Of a stretch of 64,000 nt of DNA, positions 25,901 through 38,820 are shown piece after piece. The position numbers were made by a program, and so were the translations under genes. Within the stretch, counting starts at the first letter, position 1, and each line of letters starts with the position of its first letter. The notes below the pieces were generated by a model, which saw only the letters and a program-made list of their open reading frames with translations, ran no database searches and was not told the DNA's origin. Origin of the DNA: Yuukianura sp. NJ FZ-2021. Its lineage: Eukaryota. Where the stretch lies: NCBI GenBank assembly GCA_046563655.1, contig CM102286.1, positions 3,100,001-3,164,000 of the forward strand, in the 5' to 3' direction.

Positions 25901-27864
25901 TGTACTTAATTGACTTCGATTGGCAACATAACCTAATTATAGTATAAGTTAGAACCAAATAATCAAAGTAGAATTTAATTAACTGGTAAATTTGTAGGTA
26001 AACCTAACAGCCAAATTTGCAATTTCGTGAAAAGAATCAATTTGCAACAAAAAAAAGTTTTTAGTTTCAAAAACAATCTCAATCCGCATCATTTGTTCGT
26101 TGATCCTACAGTACAGTAAAATCCAGAGACGTGTTTCAAAGAAAGAGGACTTTACTCTCATTTCTTACTGTAAGCAGACGCCGTTAAGGGCTACAGTACT
26201 ACAGTGCTATCGTCAGCGTTTCCCGCTGTGTCTATTAAGATTGGAGGGGATTCATCAGCAGACTCAAGTTCAGATTAGGAATAGAATCAATTTTTACGCT
26301 GTACCATTTAGTCCGATTCGTTCCGTACATTTGCGTTCAGTTATCGAAATTGCTATAAGCAACGCAACTTTTTCGAATTAAACAACGGATCAAAAATAAA
26401 AATTCAAACTATATGAACCCATTTAATAAACTAAAAAAATAAATCTTCCATAAAGGCTGTTCCATGTAACGCTAATCCTGGACATTACTACTGGGTCTGC
26501 TAGAACGGAAGAATGAAAAAGCCGAATGTGCATCGCGTTCCAACCGAAAAACAAACAACTTTTAGAAAATCACCCCGAGTTTCACAAAATTTGGGGACTT
26601 TAACACATTATCTACAACGTTTTATACGACTTAATCAACACGGAATAACTGGATTGACTTTGTACAAAATTGCGTTGTTTCCAACTACCTCAGATATCGT
26701 CATCTTCTCAATGCATGAAATACCATCCCACATCCCACCCAAATTTGCTCATTGCACAAAGAATTTGTGTAACAATTTCGTGACAAGTCGCCATTTTCAA
26801 TAACCATAGTCAACTTCCTCACTTTTCTACTTTTCATTTTTGAAATTCAACTCAGATTTCAAATTCGAACTGCAAAACTCACGGAGAAAGCAAACATACA
26901 GTGAGCGTCAGCTAAACGAGTACCACATTATTTTATTTCCATAGAAACGAATTAAAACTCATGTAAACAAGAGGCGAAAGCCAAAGGTACCTTTGGCTTT
27001 CGCCTCTTGTTTACATGAGTTTTAATTTTTTTAATTTTTAATTATATGTCCAGGATTAGCGTTACATGGAACAGCCTTTATGGAAGATTTATTTCCTTAG
27101 TTTATTAAATGGGTTCTTAGTTGGGTTAGCTTTAGGCCTGTTTAAGCTTAATTCATCTCGTTCACAAATACGCTATTATCCCTTCAATTTTTGGTTATCT
27201 TGAACGTATAAAGTCTTTATACTATCTAAATTCCTATCTGCACCGTTAGAAATTCTGATGTTTGTCTGTTCCCTTCGTCTATTCTACTTTGTTATCCAAA
27301 GTTTGTGACGCAGAATTCTACACTGATTTCACTGTCCTTTTCATGCAATACGTTTGCTGTCTTTACAGAACAAATGTTTTCTCCGAAAATATACTCGGTT
27401 TCTCCCATGATAAGCAATTCGACAGTGAAAAGCTTTCGAGAGAAAGCAGAGTTTAAACTTACAGGAAATACTTGAGGCATAGAAGATTCTGACATGGGAC
27501 AAGAGGCACGATGCTCTTCACAGAACTTGGGTTGATATGGCTCCAGCATTCGAATTTTGCCCCAGCGATTGAAGAAAAGAGCAATGGCTCCAATCCATAG
27601 CAACATAATACCCATCACTATGGCAACTTCTTCTCCACGGATTCCTAGTCGTGGTTCTGCCGATGTGTCGGTATCATATTCCAGTTCAGTGTCATAGGCT
27701 GATGGAGTTGTCAGAACAGGATCTTGGTCAAAACCGTCATAGTCCATTGTGTCGTCGTACATGACTGCGCCGTCATTTTCGTAATTATCGGTATCTCGTA
27801 GGCTCGAATTTGTTTGAGTTTCATTTCCTAACGTTGCGGGATGCTTAAACATTGAATATGGCAT
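22917..27864 (-). CDS. Single-pass membrane protein, DUF4808-like; join(27463..27864, 22917..23288)
   Basis: IRGEEVAIVMGIMLLWIGAIALFFNRWGKIRMLEPYQPKF motif (family recalled from memory). Phase-0 donor GTAAGT at 27462 and acceptor TTTCAG at 23289. Last exon contains RLRQHSLF and RRTKSAIDL. Start codon and any extra exons are uncertain. Confidence 0.65.
24161..24925 (+). mobile_element. Helentron-associated (HINE/DINE-1-like) non-autonomous element with GC-rich core
   Basis: 5' palindrome ATTATTAATAGCGAAAGCTATTAATAAT, then (GTCT)n microsatellite and ATCTCGGAAACTAC (DINE-1-like). Partial subterminal inverted repeat GCTTGAGCTATT near 24870, and 3' stem-loop CGGTTTACAACCG. Confidence 0.65.
25053..25691. 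mobile_element. MITE with TA TSD and an internal ~90-bp inverted repeat
   Basis: TA|ATTGTATGCCTTCGTGGAAAAAGGG ... CCCTTTTTCCACGAAGGCATTCAAT|TA; internal arms 25084-25173 and 25464-25552 are near-perfect reverse complements. Confidence 0.85.
26417..27115. mobile_element. MITE-like element with ~70-bp terminal inverted repeats containing a 78-bp perfect palindrome
   Basis: 26417-26485 (AACCCATTTAATAAACT...CCTGGACAT) is the near-perfect reverse complement of 27046-27115; perfect palindrome at 26950-27027. Confidence 0.8.
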
Positions 27865-29810
27865 GAAATTTGAAGCGTTGACGTTTCTGCTCTTCGAGAC
27901 TCCCATTAAAGTCAAAAGAAAAACTTAAAATTCTCGAGGTAACACAAACTAAGAAAAAATATTCTCATTAATGAATGTGAGCTTCAGCTTTTCAGAATTC
28001 AAAATTTTTAAACACTTCACCTGTAGTGGTGTTGTCGGTTTTCTATATTTGGGATCGTTTCTTATAGGCTAAAAGCGTTCCAATCTTGCAATGTAGAAGA
28101 CGACTAATTTCAATTTCTAAAATTCTCAAAACTAGGGTTTCGAAACAACTTTTAGAATTATAAAACAAGAGTGAGTTTATCACTCGACTTTTTCGCTTTC
28201 ACATTCCACGGAAGACTAAAATCTCCAAGGAACTTTCTCTTGTTCTTTCCTTAACTTTCAACACTTCCAAGTTTCTCCCCTCTCAAATTACTTAGTAGAT
28301 TTCCAATCATTTCCAAGACATTTTAGTAGTGCTAAAGCTGTGGGTTCATCTACTAACTTCTAAGAAAAGCAAAGGAGGACGCCTGTCACATGTAATTGTG
28401 TCCATGTCACCATGGAAACAGTGACAGTGACATGGAAGCAACTCCTTCCTTGTACATATGAGTAAAGGCCAATTTAACATGGCATGAGTCCGGGTGACTC
28501 AATAAGTTATATTGGGAAATTAGTCATTTCATTAGACTGCCACACCAAATTGTTTTTCCAAATTGCAATTTGTACAGTTCGATATCAAATTATTTTGACC
28601 AAAATTCAACTTTTTGTAATCTAAAACCTAAAAATGCTTTTTGAGGAAAGCTGTCTAATCTCACTTACAGCGCCACAATTCGTGTCACATACAACACAAT
28701 GGCATTAACTGTAATCTATACAATGACACTTATATTCTTTATCTAAATGTTGAATATTCGCAAACCGGTCAAATGACCTTGACATGTTAGTGATAGAGCG
28801 TTTTCGTGGCAAAAATTTATTACTCATGCAATTGACAGTTTTCGAAAAGCAGTTTGCCTGTTTTTCAAATAATCGAGACGAGATAACACTTTGGAAAGGT
28901 GGATTTTTGTTGTTGCAAAAGTTGCAAATTTTGGCCGATTTGAATTGGAGCAAGGTTTTTTAACTGGCAACGTCAGTGTTTTCACCGAATTTTGGAAAAC
29001 ACGTAGATGATGATTGACAACGGATATGGCTTAGATTATTGCTCATGTTAACGCAATGCCTTCTGACCTTTGACCTCCAGACATTGATGGATTAGCGTCG
29101 TAAACCCATTGGGTTTTCCCCACGCTAAAGCTTTACACATTCTGGCATGCGCACTTGTCAAAAAAGGAATACGTCCAGAATCTTGCCAGAATTCTAATTT
29201 GTCGAGACCATTTTAATATTCATAAAATTTTGGAAATTATCCAGTAATTCTCTACTCAAAATAGAACACCTCGGTTTTCAATTTTCCCCATTTCCGCACA
29301 ACGCTCTAAATTACGGTAAATTAAATTTGCAAATTGGTGCAATTAAGCATCGACAATAAAATTTTGCGATAATCATTTTTTTCGCCATTTCCTGCAAACT
29401 CAATACCATTTCATAAAAGGTATCCCAATTTCATGTGTCATATTTTTCCGCAGAATTTCGGATTGTGATACGATGAGGGTTTTTCGAAGGAAAAAGCTCT
29501 CGAGTAGAACGTAGATAACCTATCGATCCAATCGATACGAAATTTGGCCTTGCAAAATTTCTGGAAAAGATTAAGCCTGCACGCCAAAAAAATGCGACAC
29601 CCAGCAATTTTAGCTTTCTGTTGGAACAATTAGGTTTCAATATTGTGAAATCTTAAACAAAATTGCTTCCAAATTTTCAAAGAGAATGTTATTAAACATC
29701 CAATTTTTTTCCCCCAATTTCTCCAGCAAACTAAAGAAAGACTTATTATAATTTTCTAACTTCGATGCCAAATTCCAACTGTGTAGGTTTCATTCCAATT
29801 CGCGATTGGG

Positions 29811-30039
29811 GTAAGGTTTATCGACCATCATTGTAGGCGCACAGTGTAGCCAATCAGCCGTTTTCAGCGCCTACAATGGGGGGCAACAGTATGCGGCAAC
29901 TTATGTTGCCACTCTAAGTTAGATGAAAGTGGCTACTTAAGTTGCCACTTAGGTAAGTCGCCCATTGTAGCCAATAAAAATGGCGGAGTGGCTACACTCC
30001 GTGACATGTGCGGCTACAATGAGGGTCGTTTATCCTTAC
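29811..30039. mobile_element. Short MITE with internal CATTGTAG/CTACAATG repeats
   Basis: GTAAGGTTTATCGACCATCATTGTAGGCGCACA is inverted against TGTGCGGCTACAATGAGGGTCGTTTATCCTTAC; subterminal repeats occur in both orientations. Confidence 0.7.
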
Positions 30040-30337
30040 TTTAGCCCAATCCGTCTCTCCATCATCCGTTATACATTTGACAAGTTTCATCATGTTTTTT
30101 ACGACGTAGAGTCCGGAAAAGGCGTTACCTTTCACCCGAGCTACGAAATCCAAGGTTACAAATTACAACCTTGCATTTCCATGTCCCATGAAAAATAAAG
30201 TAACAAAATGAAACGAAATTGAATTCGGAGTTATGATGACTTTCGCTGATATCCTTGACAGAAGGCACCATTTAATTCTGCACAGCGAAAACAAAAACCA
30301 GATAATGCTTAGTTTCATAAAAAAAAACAGCGTTTTC

Positions 30338-33120
30338 CTATCTGTGATCCACGGGAAAAGAATGATAAGAACAAACGTACGATGAAAAGCAAACGAGATC
30401 TCGGTAATGGACAGACTGGAACTGGACAACATCCTCCTCCATGTTGTTTTGAATCACAACGTTAAGTGCAGGACGTGACGCCTTGTACATCATCGACTCC
30501 AACTGTTTTCGTATGTAATGGCAAGCAGCCTTTGTAGCTGACCCGAGTGTGATGTAAATGACGCTGAGTTTGCGACAAGTTGTCACTAGATCAAAGATGC
30601 CGCTAGAGATTTCCAGTGGACGGTCATTGCTCGGACAGTAGATGAAGAGTCGCTCCAATTCTGGGCAGCTCTCCAGAGCTTCAAAAAGAGGATTCAGAGA
30701 GCCAATATATTTTTGTTCCAAGCTTAAAAACAAAAATTACGATTGGTAAAAAAATATGACATCAGCATGAATGTCATTTTTTAAAGAAGTATTTACCGGA
30801 AGTCTTTGAGTTTTCGTAAATACTTGAGAGCGACATATAAGCCATTTACGTAGACACATTTTGCGGCAGGTCCTAAGTCCTTTATACGCAGTGATTCAAG
30901 GCTCGGAGTCCTTTTTGCAATCTAAAAATTCAAATTGCAAATTGAGATGAGTCATAGATAAACTGATAATTTTAGGAAAATTACCAGCTTACATCAACAA
31001 GGAATTGACCGGTTACAACCGGCACTCCATCCAGAGTCAGTCTTTTCAAATTGGTCCATCTCCCAATACTACTCAAGGAAGCAGTCAATAATTTCGCACC
31101 GGCTTCCCTAAAACAGAAATAGTCGAACTTCAAATACTGCAATCCACACAACAAAACTAATGTATACCTTCGCGTGAAACCGATTTCAAATTCGTCAATG
31201 TTTGGACAGCACAAGGTCAAGTAGTCCAACCCCGATATTGATGTCGCCTTTGATCCGGCAGAAGGTTGTCTACTTTCCCTCCTTCTCTTCCCAAAAAGTT
31301 CGCTTGTTAATGCTGATGAACTTGAAGCAGATCCTTCTAATACTTGCAGATTCTCGTTCCTGTCTTCGTTTGACTCATCAAAAAGCGCTAACTTTTGCAA
31401 ATACTCAGCCATCACAGTTGGAGACTTGATTTCTAAGTTTAAAAAACACCTAAGTCTAATTGAATAAAACATTAAACCAAAAAGTTGAAATTCAACGCTT
31501 ACCGAAAAGACAATAAAGAGGAAGCGATAATTTTCGGAGATGGGGCAAAGAGCCGATCTGTACGCAGGCGCCCGGGTAAGAATGGACGCCGTCATCAGTT
31601 TCTGCAGCTTCAGAGACATTTATAGCAGTCAATAATGGATGGCTCTGAACAAATTCTTCCCAATCCTTTTTGAAAACGATAAGTAAGCTGTGAGCATGTC
31701 GGGAAAACTTTGAAAGAATTTGGGCAGTGAAAACAAAAATTAACTCCAACCATTCTGTAGTTGAAAGCTGTTGAGCGGAAGGACTCCAAATGTGAAGCTT
31801 CATGTAGCCATCTATTCAAGGATATGATTCGATTGTATCCATGCGTCACAAAAAGATGCTTGCACTATACCATTTGTAGAAAATCAAATTGAGAATGAAA
31901 ATTAGCTCGATTTTCATGGGTTTGATTTGAACAAATATTATCTTACGGATTTGAGGTCAGAGGGATCAAGCATTTTGAGAACTTCGTCCACCAATGGTAG
32001 ACAGAAACGTTCCAGAGCCTGGCAATTGAGTGATGGCCACTCCGCACGTCGATGAAGGTAATTGCCCAGTATAAGTGCTGAAAATTTTAAACAAAACGTT
32101 GTATAATGGAAATTGCACAAGATTTCACATACCCCTTGGTCTGCACAAGTCAAGATCCAGTAAAGAATGGTCAATCCATAGATTACGGACCAAATCCCCC
32201 TTCGGACGTTCTTCTTCCAGAGAAGTTCCATCTTTCAGTTGAAACGATTTCAGAATTCGAAAAGTCAAAGTTGGGACATGAATTCGCACTGGTTCATTGG
32301 CAGATAATACGAATGTGTGAAGACGTGGAAATTGCATTTCAGGGTGAAATTCTTCTTTTCTGTAAATCAGTGAATGCTTCCGCTCGTTGTTGGTTTTCGG
32401 GTTACTGAAAATCCAAAGCTCCTCCAAGTTCGTGCACATTGAAATGAGGTAGCAAAGAGAACAGTAGGAGGACACAATTAATTGTGTGCTGTTAAAGGCG
32501 TCACGGACATGGATAAGAAGAAAACGGAGCAATCGGAACTTGTCTTTCAGTGCTAGTAATTCTGCCCATATAGTTTCGTAAGGTAATTGTGGCATTCGGT
32601 CTCTCCTTGGTCGGATAAGAGCTTCAATGGTGTCATCCCATGTCCAAGACAAGGAAGTAAGTGCTGACACTTCTAGAATTTGACTCAAATGGTTCCAAGA
32701 TAGCGAAGTACCAGCGACATGAAGCTCCTACGAATTAAGTTACACATTTAAAATATATTTAAGTGTTTTTTAAAATGAGGTGAAGGCATGGTGTACAATA
32801 ATTCCAACCTGTAATGACTTCATTTTTAAGACGACGTCTCGAATATTGAATGACGGGATCCAATACACATCGTTCAGTGTTAATTGAGTGACAATCAACG
32901 CACGATTTGGTTCCATGAGAAAACGAAGGACTGGTTGTCTTAAAGCACCACAGTTCCAAGGAATAACTATCCTTCTGCATATGGTTACGTCTTGCAGCAG
33001 CCGATCGAATCTGGAACATGTAGCGGCAAGATTTACAACATCTCCAATATTAATGTATGAAACGATCTCGAGAAGGATTTCGTCGCTCAAATCCGTAACA
33101 TTTTTACAGTTTCCGTCCAT
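30338..33120 (-). CDS. FBXL18: F-box/LRR protein, FBXL18-like, multi-exon
   Basis: N-terminal F-box LSDEILLEIVSYINIGDVVNLAATCSRFDRL; LRR-type segments (LPHLRKLSLP, WTNLKRLTL); C-terminal RPALNVVI motif as recalled for FBXL18. In-frame stop upstream of ATG 33120. Confidence 0.72.
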
Positions 33121-33787
33121 TTCCTTGTAACCGGACAAAACGAACTACTGGATAGTGGATGTCAAAAAATCAGGCGTCCCTGAATGGTAGATAGAACAAT
33201 CTAAAATCACAGAAAAACAGTTATTAATAGTGCGACAGGTAAATATGCCATACTAATTTCAATTTGTAATCAGCTCCTACCCTTCGCTAGTTTGTGCAAC
33301 CCAGCAGCACATCAGGGGTCAGATCAGATCACGGGTCAATTGTCAACAGTCTCTTTCTCTTCGGTGTCGGTCAGTTCAATACCTTGCTTGTAGTCGTAAA
33401 CTACTATCACACCGGACAAGGCATCGCGTCGTATCCACAATACCGCAAGTAAGGGTTCTCTACAAAAAAAATTGCGGTAATTTGCTAATATATTGTGAAT
33501 GTTTATTTATTGAAAAATTTCTAAAACAATGAACATAAAAATAAAATTGAAAACCGAATACCGAAGTGCAAATTCCGAAATCCTTGCTCTCCCGCACTTG
33601 AATTCGAAATTTGTATAAAGTAAAACGCTCTCAGATGTTTTTAATAGTGTATCTTCGCATATGCTTGTCAAAAATTTGAAAATTCCAAGTTCAAAAGAGA
33701 TTTTTACTAAAAAATTTTTAGTAAAAATCCTTTCATTTCTCGGAGAAAGCAACACTGGTCAATTCTCAGATCACCTCAAGAATAAAT

Positions 33788-35123
33788 ATGGCCGCCACGA
33801 CGCGTATCGGTAAGGAGAAATTTAACTCGTACATGGTAATAATAATATTGGACACTTTATTACCGAATATACACGGTGCATCCTCACATGAAATTTGTTT
33901 TAAATAAATTTTCAATAGGTTGGATTGGGTGCGGGGTAATGGGTAGGTGGATGTTGCAACATTGTATGGACGCCGGTTATCCCGCCTATGTTTTCAGTAG
34001 AACTCCGGCCAAATGTCAGCCATTAATTGATCGAGGTAAGTTCGAATTAAAAGTCAAATAAAAACCATATCTATACTCATAAAATACCAAATTTGAATTG
34101 ACTGTTACATCTTTTCCAGGTGCTGTACTGTGTTCTTCTGCTGCCGAAGTGGCCAGAAATGCTGATGCTATATTTAGTATCGTCGGATACCCAAAAGACG
34201 TTGAGGAAGTAATGCTTGGCAGTCAAGGTGTACTGGAAGGTACGGCCAGCATCAAATACGGTTTTAAGCAACAATTACAAAATCTATTTATTTCTTAGGT
34301 ATCAAATCAAAGGACGAAGGCAATCGAAAGAAAACTGTAGTCGTTGATATGACCACAAGCAAACCGGAGTTGGCTCAGCGTATCGCTTCCCAGTTAGCGG
34401 AAGTTGGTAGTCATGGACTCGACGCTCCAGTTTCTGGCGGTGACATTGGAGCTAAAGAAGGCCGACTGGCTATTATGGTCGGAGGTACTGATGCTGGTTT
34501 CGAACGAGTCAAAGACATTCTCCTGTGTATGGGCAATCCAGCAAAAGGCGGCAAAGTTCAACTGGTAGGAGGACCTGGCAGTGGTCAACACACAAAGATG
34601 GCTAATCAAATCCTAATTGCAACAAATTTACTCGGAGTCGTAGAATGTACGTTTAAAGTTGTCGAAACTTACTTTTGCTTTTTTCATCACCTGTTACATG
34701 TACATTTTATATCTATTTGCAGCACTCCTGTATGCACAGAAAGCAAACTTAGATGTAGAAAAAACTTTGCAGCTAGTTTCTGGAGGAGCAGCGGGAAGTT
34801 GGAGTCTGAGCAACTACGGCCCTAGAATGCTCAATCGAAATTTTGACCCTGGTTTTTTCGTGGAACATTTTGTTAAGGTAATCGATTCATTGTGTATTTT
34901 GATTTTGTAACTTTGAACAAATGTTAGCCTAACATTTGTATCTTAGGATATGGAAATCGCTCTGGATGAAGCTAGACGGATGGAATTAAGCTTACCTGGA
35001 CTTGCTTTGTCCCATCAACTTTATGTAGCCCTTAAGGCTCAAGGTCACGGAAGAAAAGGTGCCCATGCACTTCTTCTCGCTCTGGAACATTTAAATGGAA
35101 TTCGCGCCAACGAGACATCGTAA
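33788..35123 (+). CDS. NAD(P)-dependent beta-hydroxyacid dehydrogenase (3-hydroxyisobutyrate dehydrogenase-like, YkwC/plant type), 6 exons
   Basis: [80 protein letters not shown]. Confidence 0.92.
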
Positions 35124-35249
35124 CTGTTGTGTTTAATTATAGACGACTTATTTTTCATTCACATGTTGTAGTAGTTACCGAACAAGTTTTTATTTCTTTC
35201 GAATTTTCTAATGGACTTTGGTCCTGGTTTGAGCAGTCATTTCAGGAGT

Positions 35250-37857
35250 TCATTTTTGATCAGCCAAATTCAAATCCTTAGAAATTATAGTAGCACTGTT
35301 TGACATCACACTTGAACGGTTTTTCTGGAAAGTTTCGATTGCCAGTGGCCGTGTTTCCGTCCAATCATACAAAGCCTTGTAAATTGGTCTGACGAATTTC
35401 ATTCTTCCCTGTTCAGTTATGAGGGCAACCGCCAGAGGGACAATCTTTGCGTATTTTCCTTTTAGGCAAATCATGATCCACCTGAATCGTCACAATTATT
35501 CAATATTAGTTTTGAAATTTATAATTTAGCTTTATATTTTTTTAAAATTTGAAATCTTACAAAAATTTAATTTCGGTATTGCCGGTTGCTGAAAGATTGT
35601 AGGCTTGATCCAGTGCTTCAAGTTTTTTGAGTCCTAAACTTACAGCTTCCTCGTTTAGTTGTGCCAGGAATTCCCAGAGTTGGTGTGACCCTAGTGTAAA
35701 AGCGTCTAAATCGGACGAACTAAATGGACATGGAGTCGAGTCTGCGTTCCAAGCCATCCATCTTGTTTTGAGTTCTGTCGCGACATCAGCCAGAGTACGG
35801 TCATACCTGGACGAATTACAAATTAGACACGACTATTTCAAAAAATTAGGTTATGTGTGAATTTTAAATCCAGTAACTCACTGTGGTTCAAAATTCGGTA
35901 ATCCCGTTCCAAATAGCCAAGTATCCCAATCGATTATTTCAATTTCAGCGGATTTCCCATTTTCGACAAAGAAGTCTTTGAACATTGAGCGGAATTTGGC
36001 GGTGTCCACAGACTTGTAAGCATTTTCCCAAATATATTTTTTCAGGAATCGTTCAAATGTGGCTGCATTGAAAAGATGTCGTTTTTTTTTAGTTTGCATA
36101 TGTAAACTTTATTGACTTACATTTTCCACCGACAACTTGTTCCAAGTAATACAGGAATAAGAAGCCCTTTTCGTAAGGAACCACTGAAAAACTGTTCATG
36201 GGATTGACACCGGCCAAATTCGGTACAAGCGAAGTCATCGGATTGTCAGTGCCCATAGCACGGATTGATTCTTTCAGTTGTTTCAATCCACCGATGGCAA
36301 GGAATTGTCTAAGAAATTTTTTTTTAAATACCGCGCGTAAGACCGATTAAATTTATAAATTTGGCGGGGAACACGAAAAAACTTACCGAAACGGTTCTCC
36401 ATGAATGTTGCCAAGCACTCTCCTTTCCAAGTAGACAGTGATGCCTTCGTTGAGCCAAAAGTGTTCAAACGTTTTATTGGTGACGAGGTTACCACTCCAA
36501 CTGTGAGCAATTTCATGAGCCACGACATTCACAAGCGATTTGTCTCCAGCGATTACTGATGGAGCGATGAAAGTCAGGCATGGATTCTCCATTCCACCGG
36601 CCGGATAACTCGGAGGCATCACAAGAAGATCATATGTGCCCCATACGTATCTAGAAAACCGTAAATAAAATAAAATATGTAAATTTTTCTTAAAATTTGC
36701 CAAGTTGGGGGAATTTGAAAAGTTTTCTTACTCTCCTAGGAACTGTTCCTCTGCTGCCAATATTTTTTCTGTATCTTCGAACTCATAGGCAGCAGCATCC
36801 AGTACTTCTTTCTCTGCCCAAACACAACTTCTTGGACCGATCCTCTTAGATTCCAGTTTCCCAATGACCATGGCAATGAGATAGCACGGAATGGCGACAT
36901 TCTGGACAAAGCGATGCTGGTTGAAGTTAGATCCAATGTCGACAGTATCACCTTGCCTGACGGCTCCCATCAGAACAGTCAAGTCGGATGGTGCAGTGAC
37001 CTCAGCTGTGTATGAAATTTTGACGGATGGAGTATCTTGACATGGAATGATGGACCGAGCTTGAATGGCCTAAAATAATTAACATAAGCTTCAAAATTTT
37101 ATATTAATCGTAGTTAATTAGTTAACTCAAAAAGCATACAGGAACGCAATTGATCGAATTACCGAGCACTTGGTAAACAAGTATGGATGCTGCTTGCCAG
37201 CCGTTTGTTCTTTCGCCAACCACTGAAGAGCAGTGCATTTAGGAGTCGTTTCATAGTCAATCACAATTGATAACTCCGTCCAATCTCTAAAAAAATACAA
37301 TTTGGAAAAGTTTTTTGAAGAAAATTTTGAAGTTGCAACTTGTGTGAAAGAAGCGTGAAAAGTTTTGGATTTCTACGTGTTTGGTAAATTGATTTCCAAA
37401 GGACTGCCGAACGTGTCAACGAAGGCTCCAACCTTGTAACCCAAATCCGATTCATCTTTCACGAGTCTGACCGACTTCAAATTCAATCCTAGTGTATCGA
37501 ATATCTAAAAAAAATCAAGTTCTTCCTAAAATTGAAACTTGACAACTTTTATATAAAAACACGATTGACATACCACTGACGTAGCCTTTGAATCAACTGA
37601 GCGACGTAAATTGTATTGGACGGAGCCTTTCAAAATTTTCGTTTCAAAATCCACGTGCCATTTGATGTGCATCGATACATGTTGAATACTTTCTGGAAAT
37701 CATTTCCAATAAAACCCGTTAAATATTTACACGCAAAAATGATTTTTTTTGGAAACATGTATAATTTTGTTTTACCTGGATTTGAAAACGAATTCGGATC
37801 ATTGTCACTCAAAGCACCGGGCCGGTTGCCTTTCTCCCAAAAATTCAGTTGCGACAT
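35250..37857 (-). CDS. LTA4H: Leukotriene A4 hydrolase-like M1 zinc aminopeptidase, multi-exon
   Basis: DPNSFSNP N-terminus, [22 protein letters not shown]...WLNEG (HEXXH-X18-E), [15 protein letters not shown]. Confidence 0.9.
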
Positions 37858-38820
37858 TTTTATAATTTAACTTAAATTAAACAAATCACAGTTAGTTTTG
37901 AACTGTCAAACGCTAAAGGTTAAATCTTTTTTCAAGTATGTACTACAAGCCCATGTTTATCTCACCAAACACTTTACACCTTGTGAAAATAGAAATTTTG
38001 TCAAATTCTAAAATTCTACGTGGTTGAAGAGAGGAAGCTTTTTCTTCTGTACAATCCCCGTTGAAGAAGGTTGGAAAACGTCTTGTCCGTGACGTGAATA
38101 TGACATGACATCCCGAACTGACATACAATTGACATCTTTTGGCTTTAATTTTCACGTTTGATTTTTAAATATTTACCTTTAATTTTTTTTGCCCCAAAAA
38201 ACTTGTGTTTTATGAATCATTTCTGCAAAACCGAAATGCTGCTGTTAATATAGGCTTTCTCATGTCAATTTTTTTAAATTGCGCCATCAAGTTTTAGAAA
38301 GTGGTAACTAGTCGCTGCATGAACCTAGAGAATATTAAGCCGGATTATCATCATGTTCAAAATTCTGGTGACCCTTGACCTTTTGATTTTAGAAAGGAAT
38401 CAAAACAACAACAACTTTTGTATCCTTTCTGATTTGACAAAGATTGCCGCTGTTGATTTAGTTAAGTCTGGTTGGCACGTCTTCAAAACATTTCAAAATG
38501 CGTCACAATGTGCTTTATCCTAACTTTAGTCCAATGCATTGGACATTGCAATGTCCAATCTCTGAGTACAGCAAAAAGTGTTTTGAATTACCTAAAGTGG
38601 GAACAGGGATTGAATCTTGTGTATAGTACTGGAATTGTGAATAAAAAGTGCCAAGGTCAACCTGTTGCTTGTGTACATACTACGATGAATAATTCCGAAA
38701 CATCTTTTGCTATAATCAGTTTGCCAGATTTTAGTCCTTTAGCAATTGCAAGTGAGTAAAGTTGCGTAAATTATGAAGTTTCATTTGTAGCGGCTACTTC
38801 AAATTCAAAATTTTTTCAAA

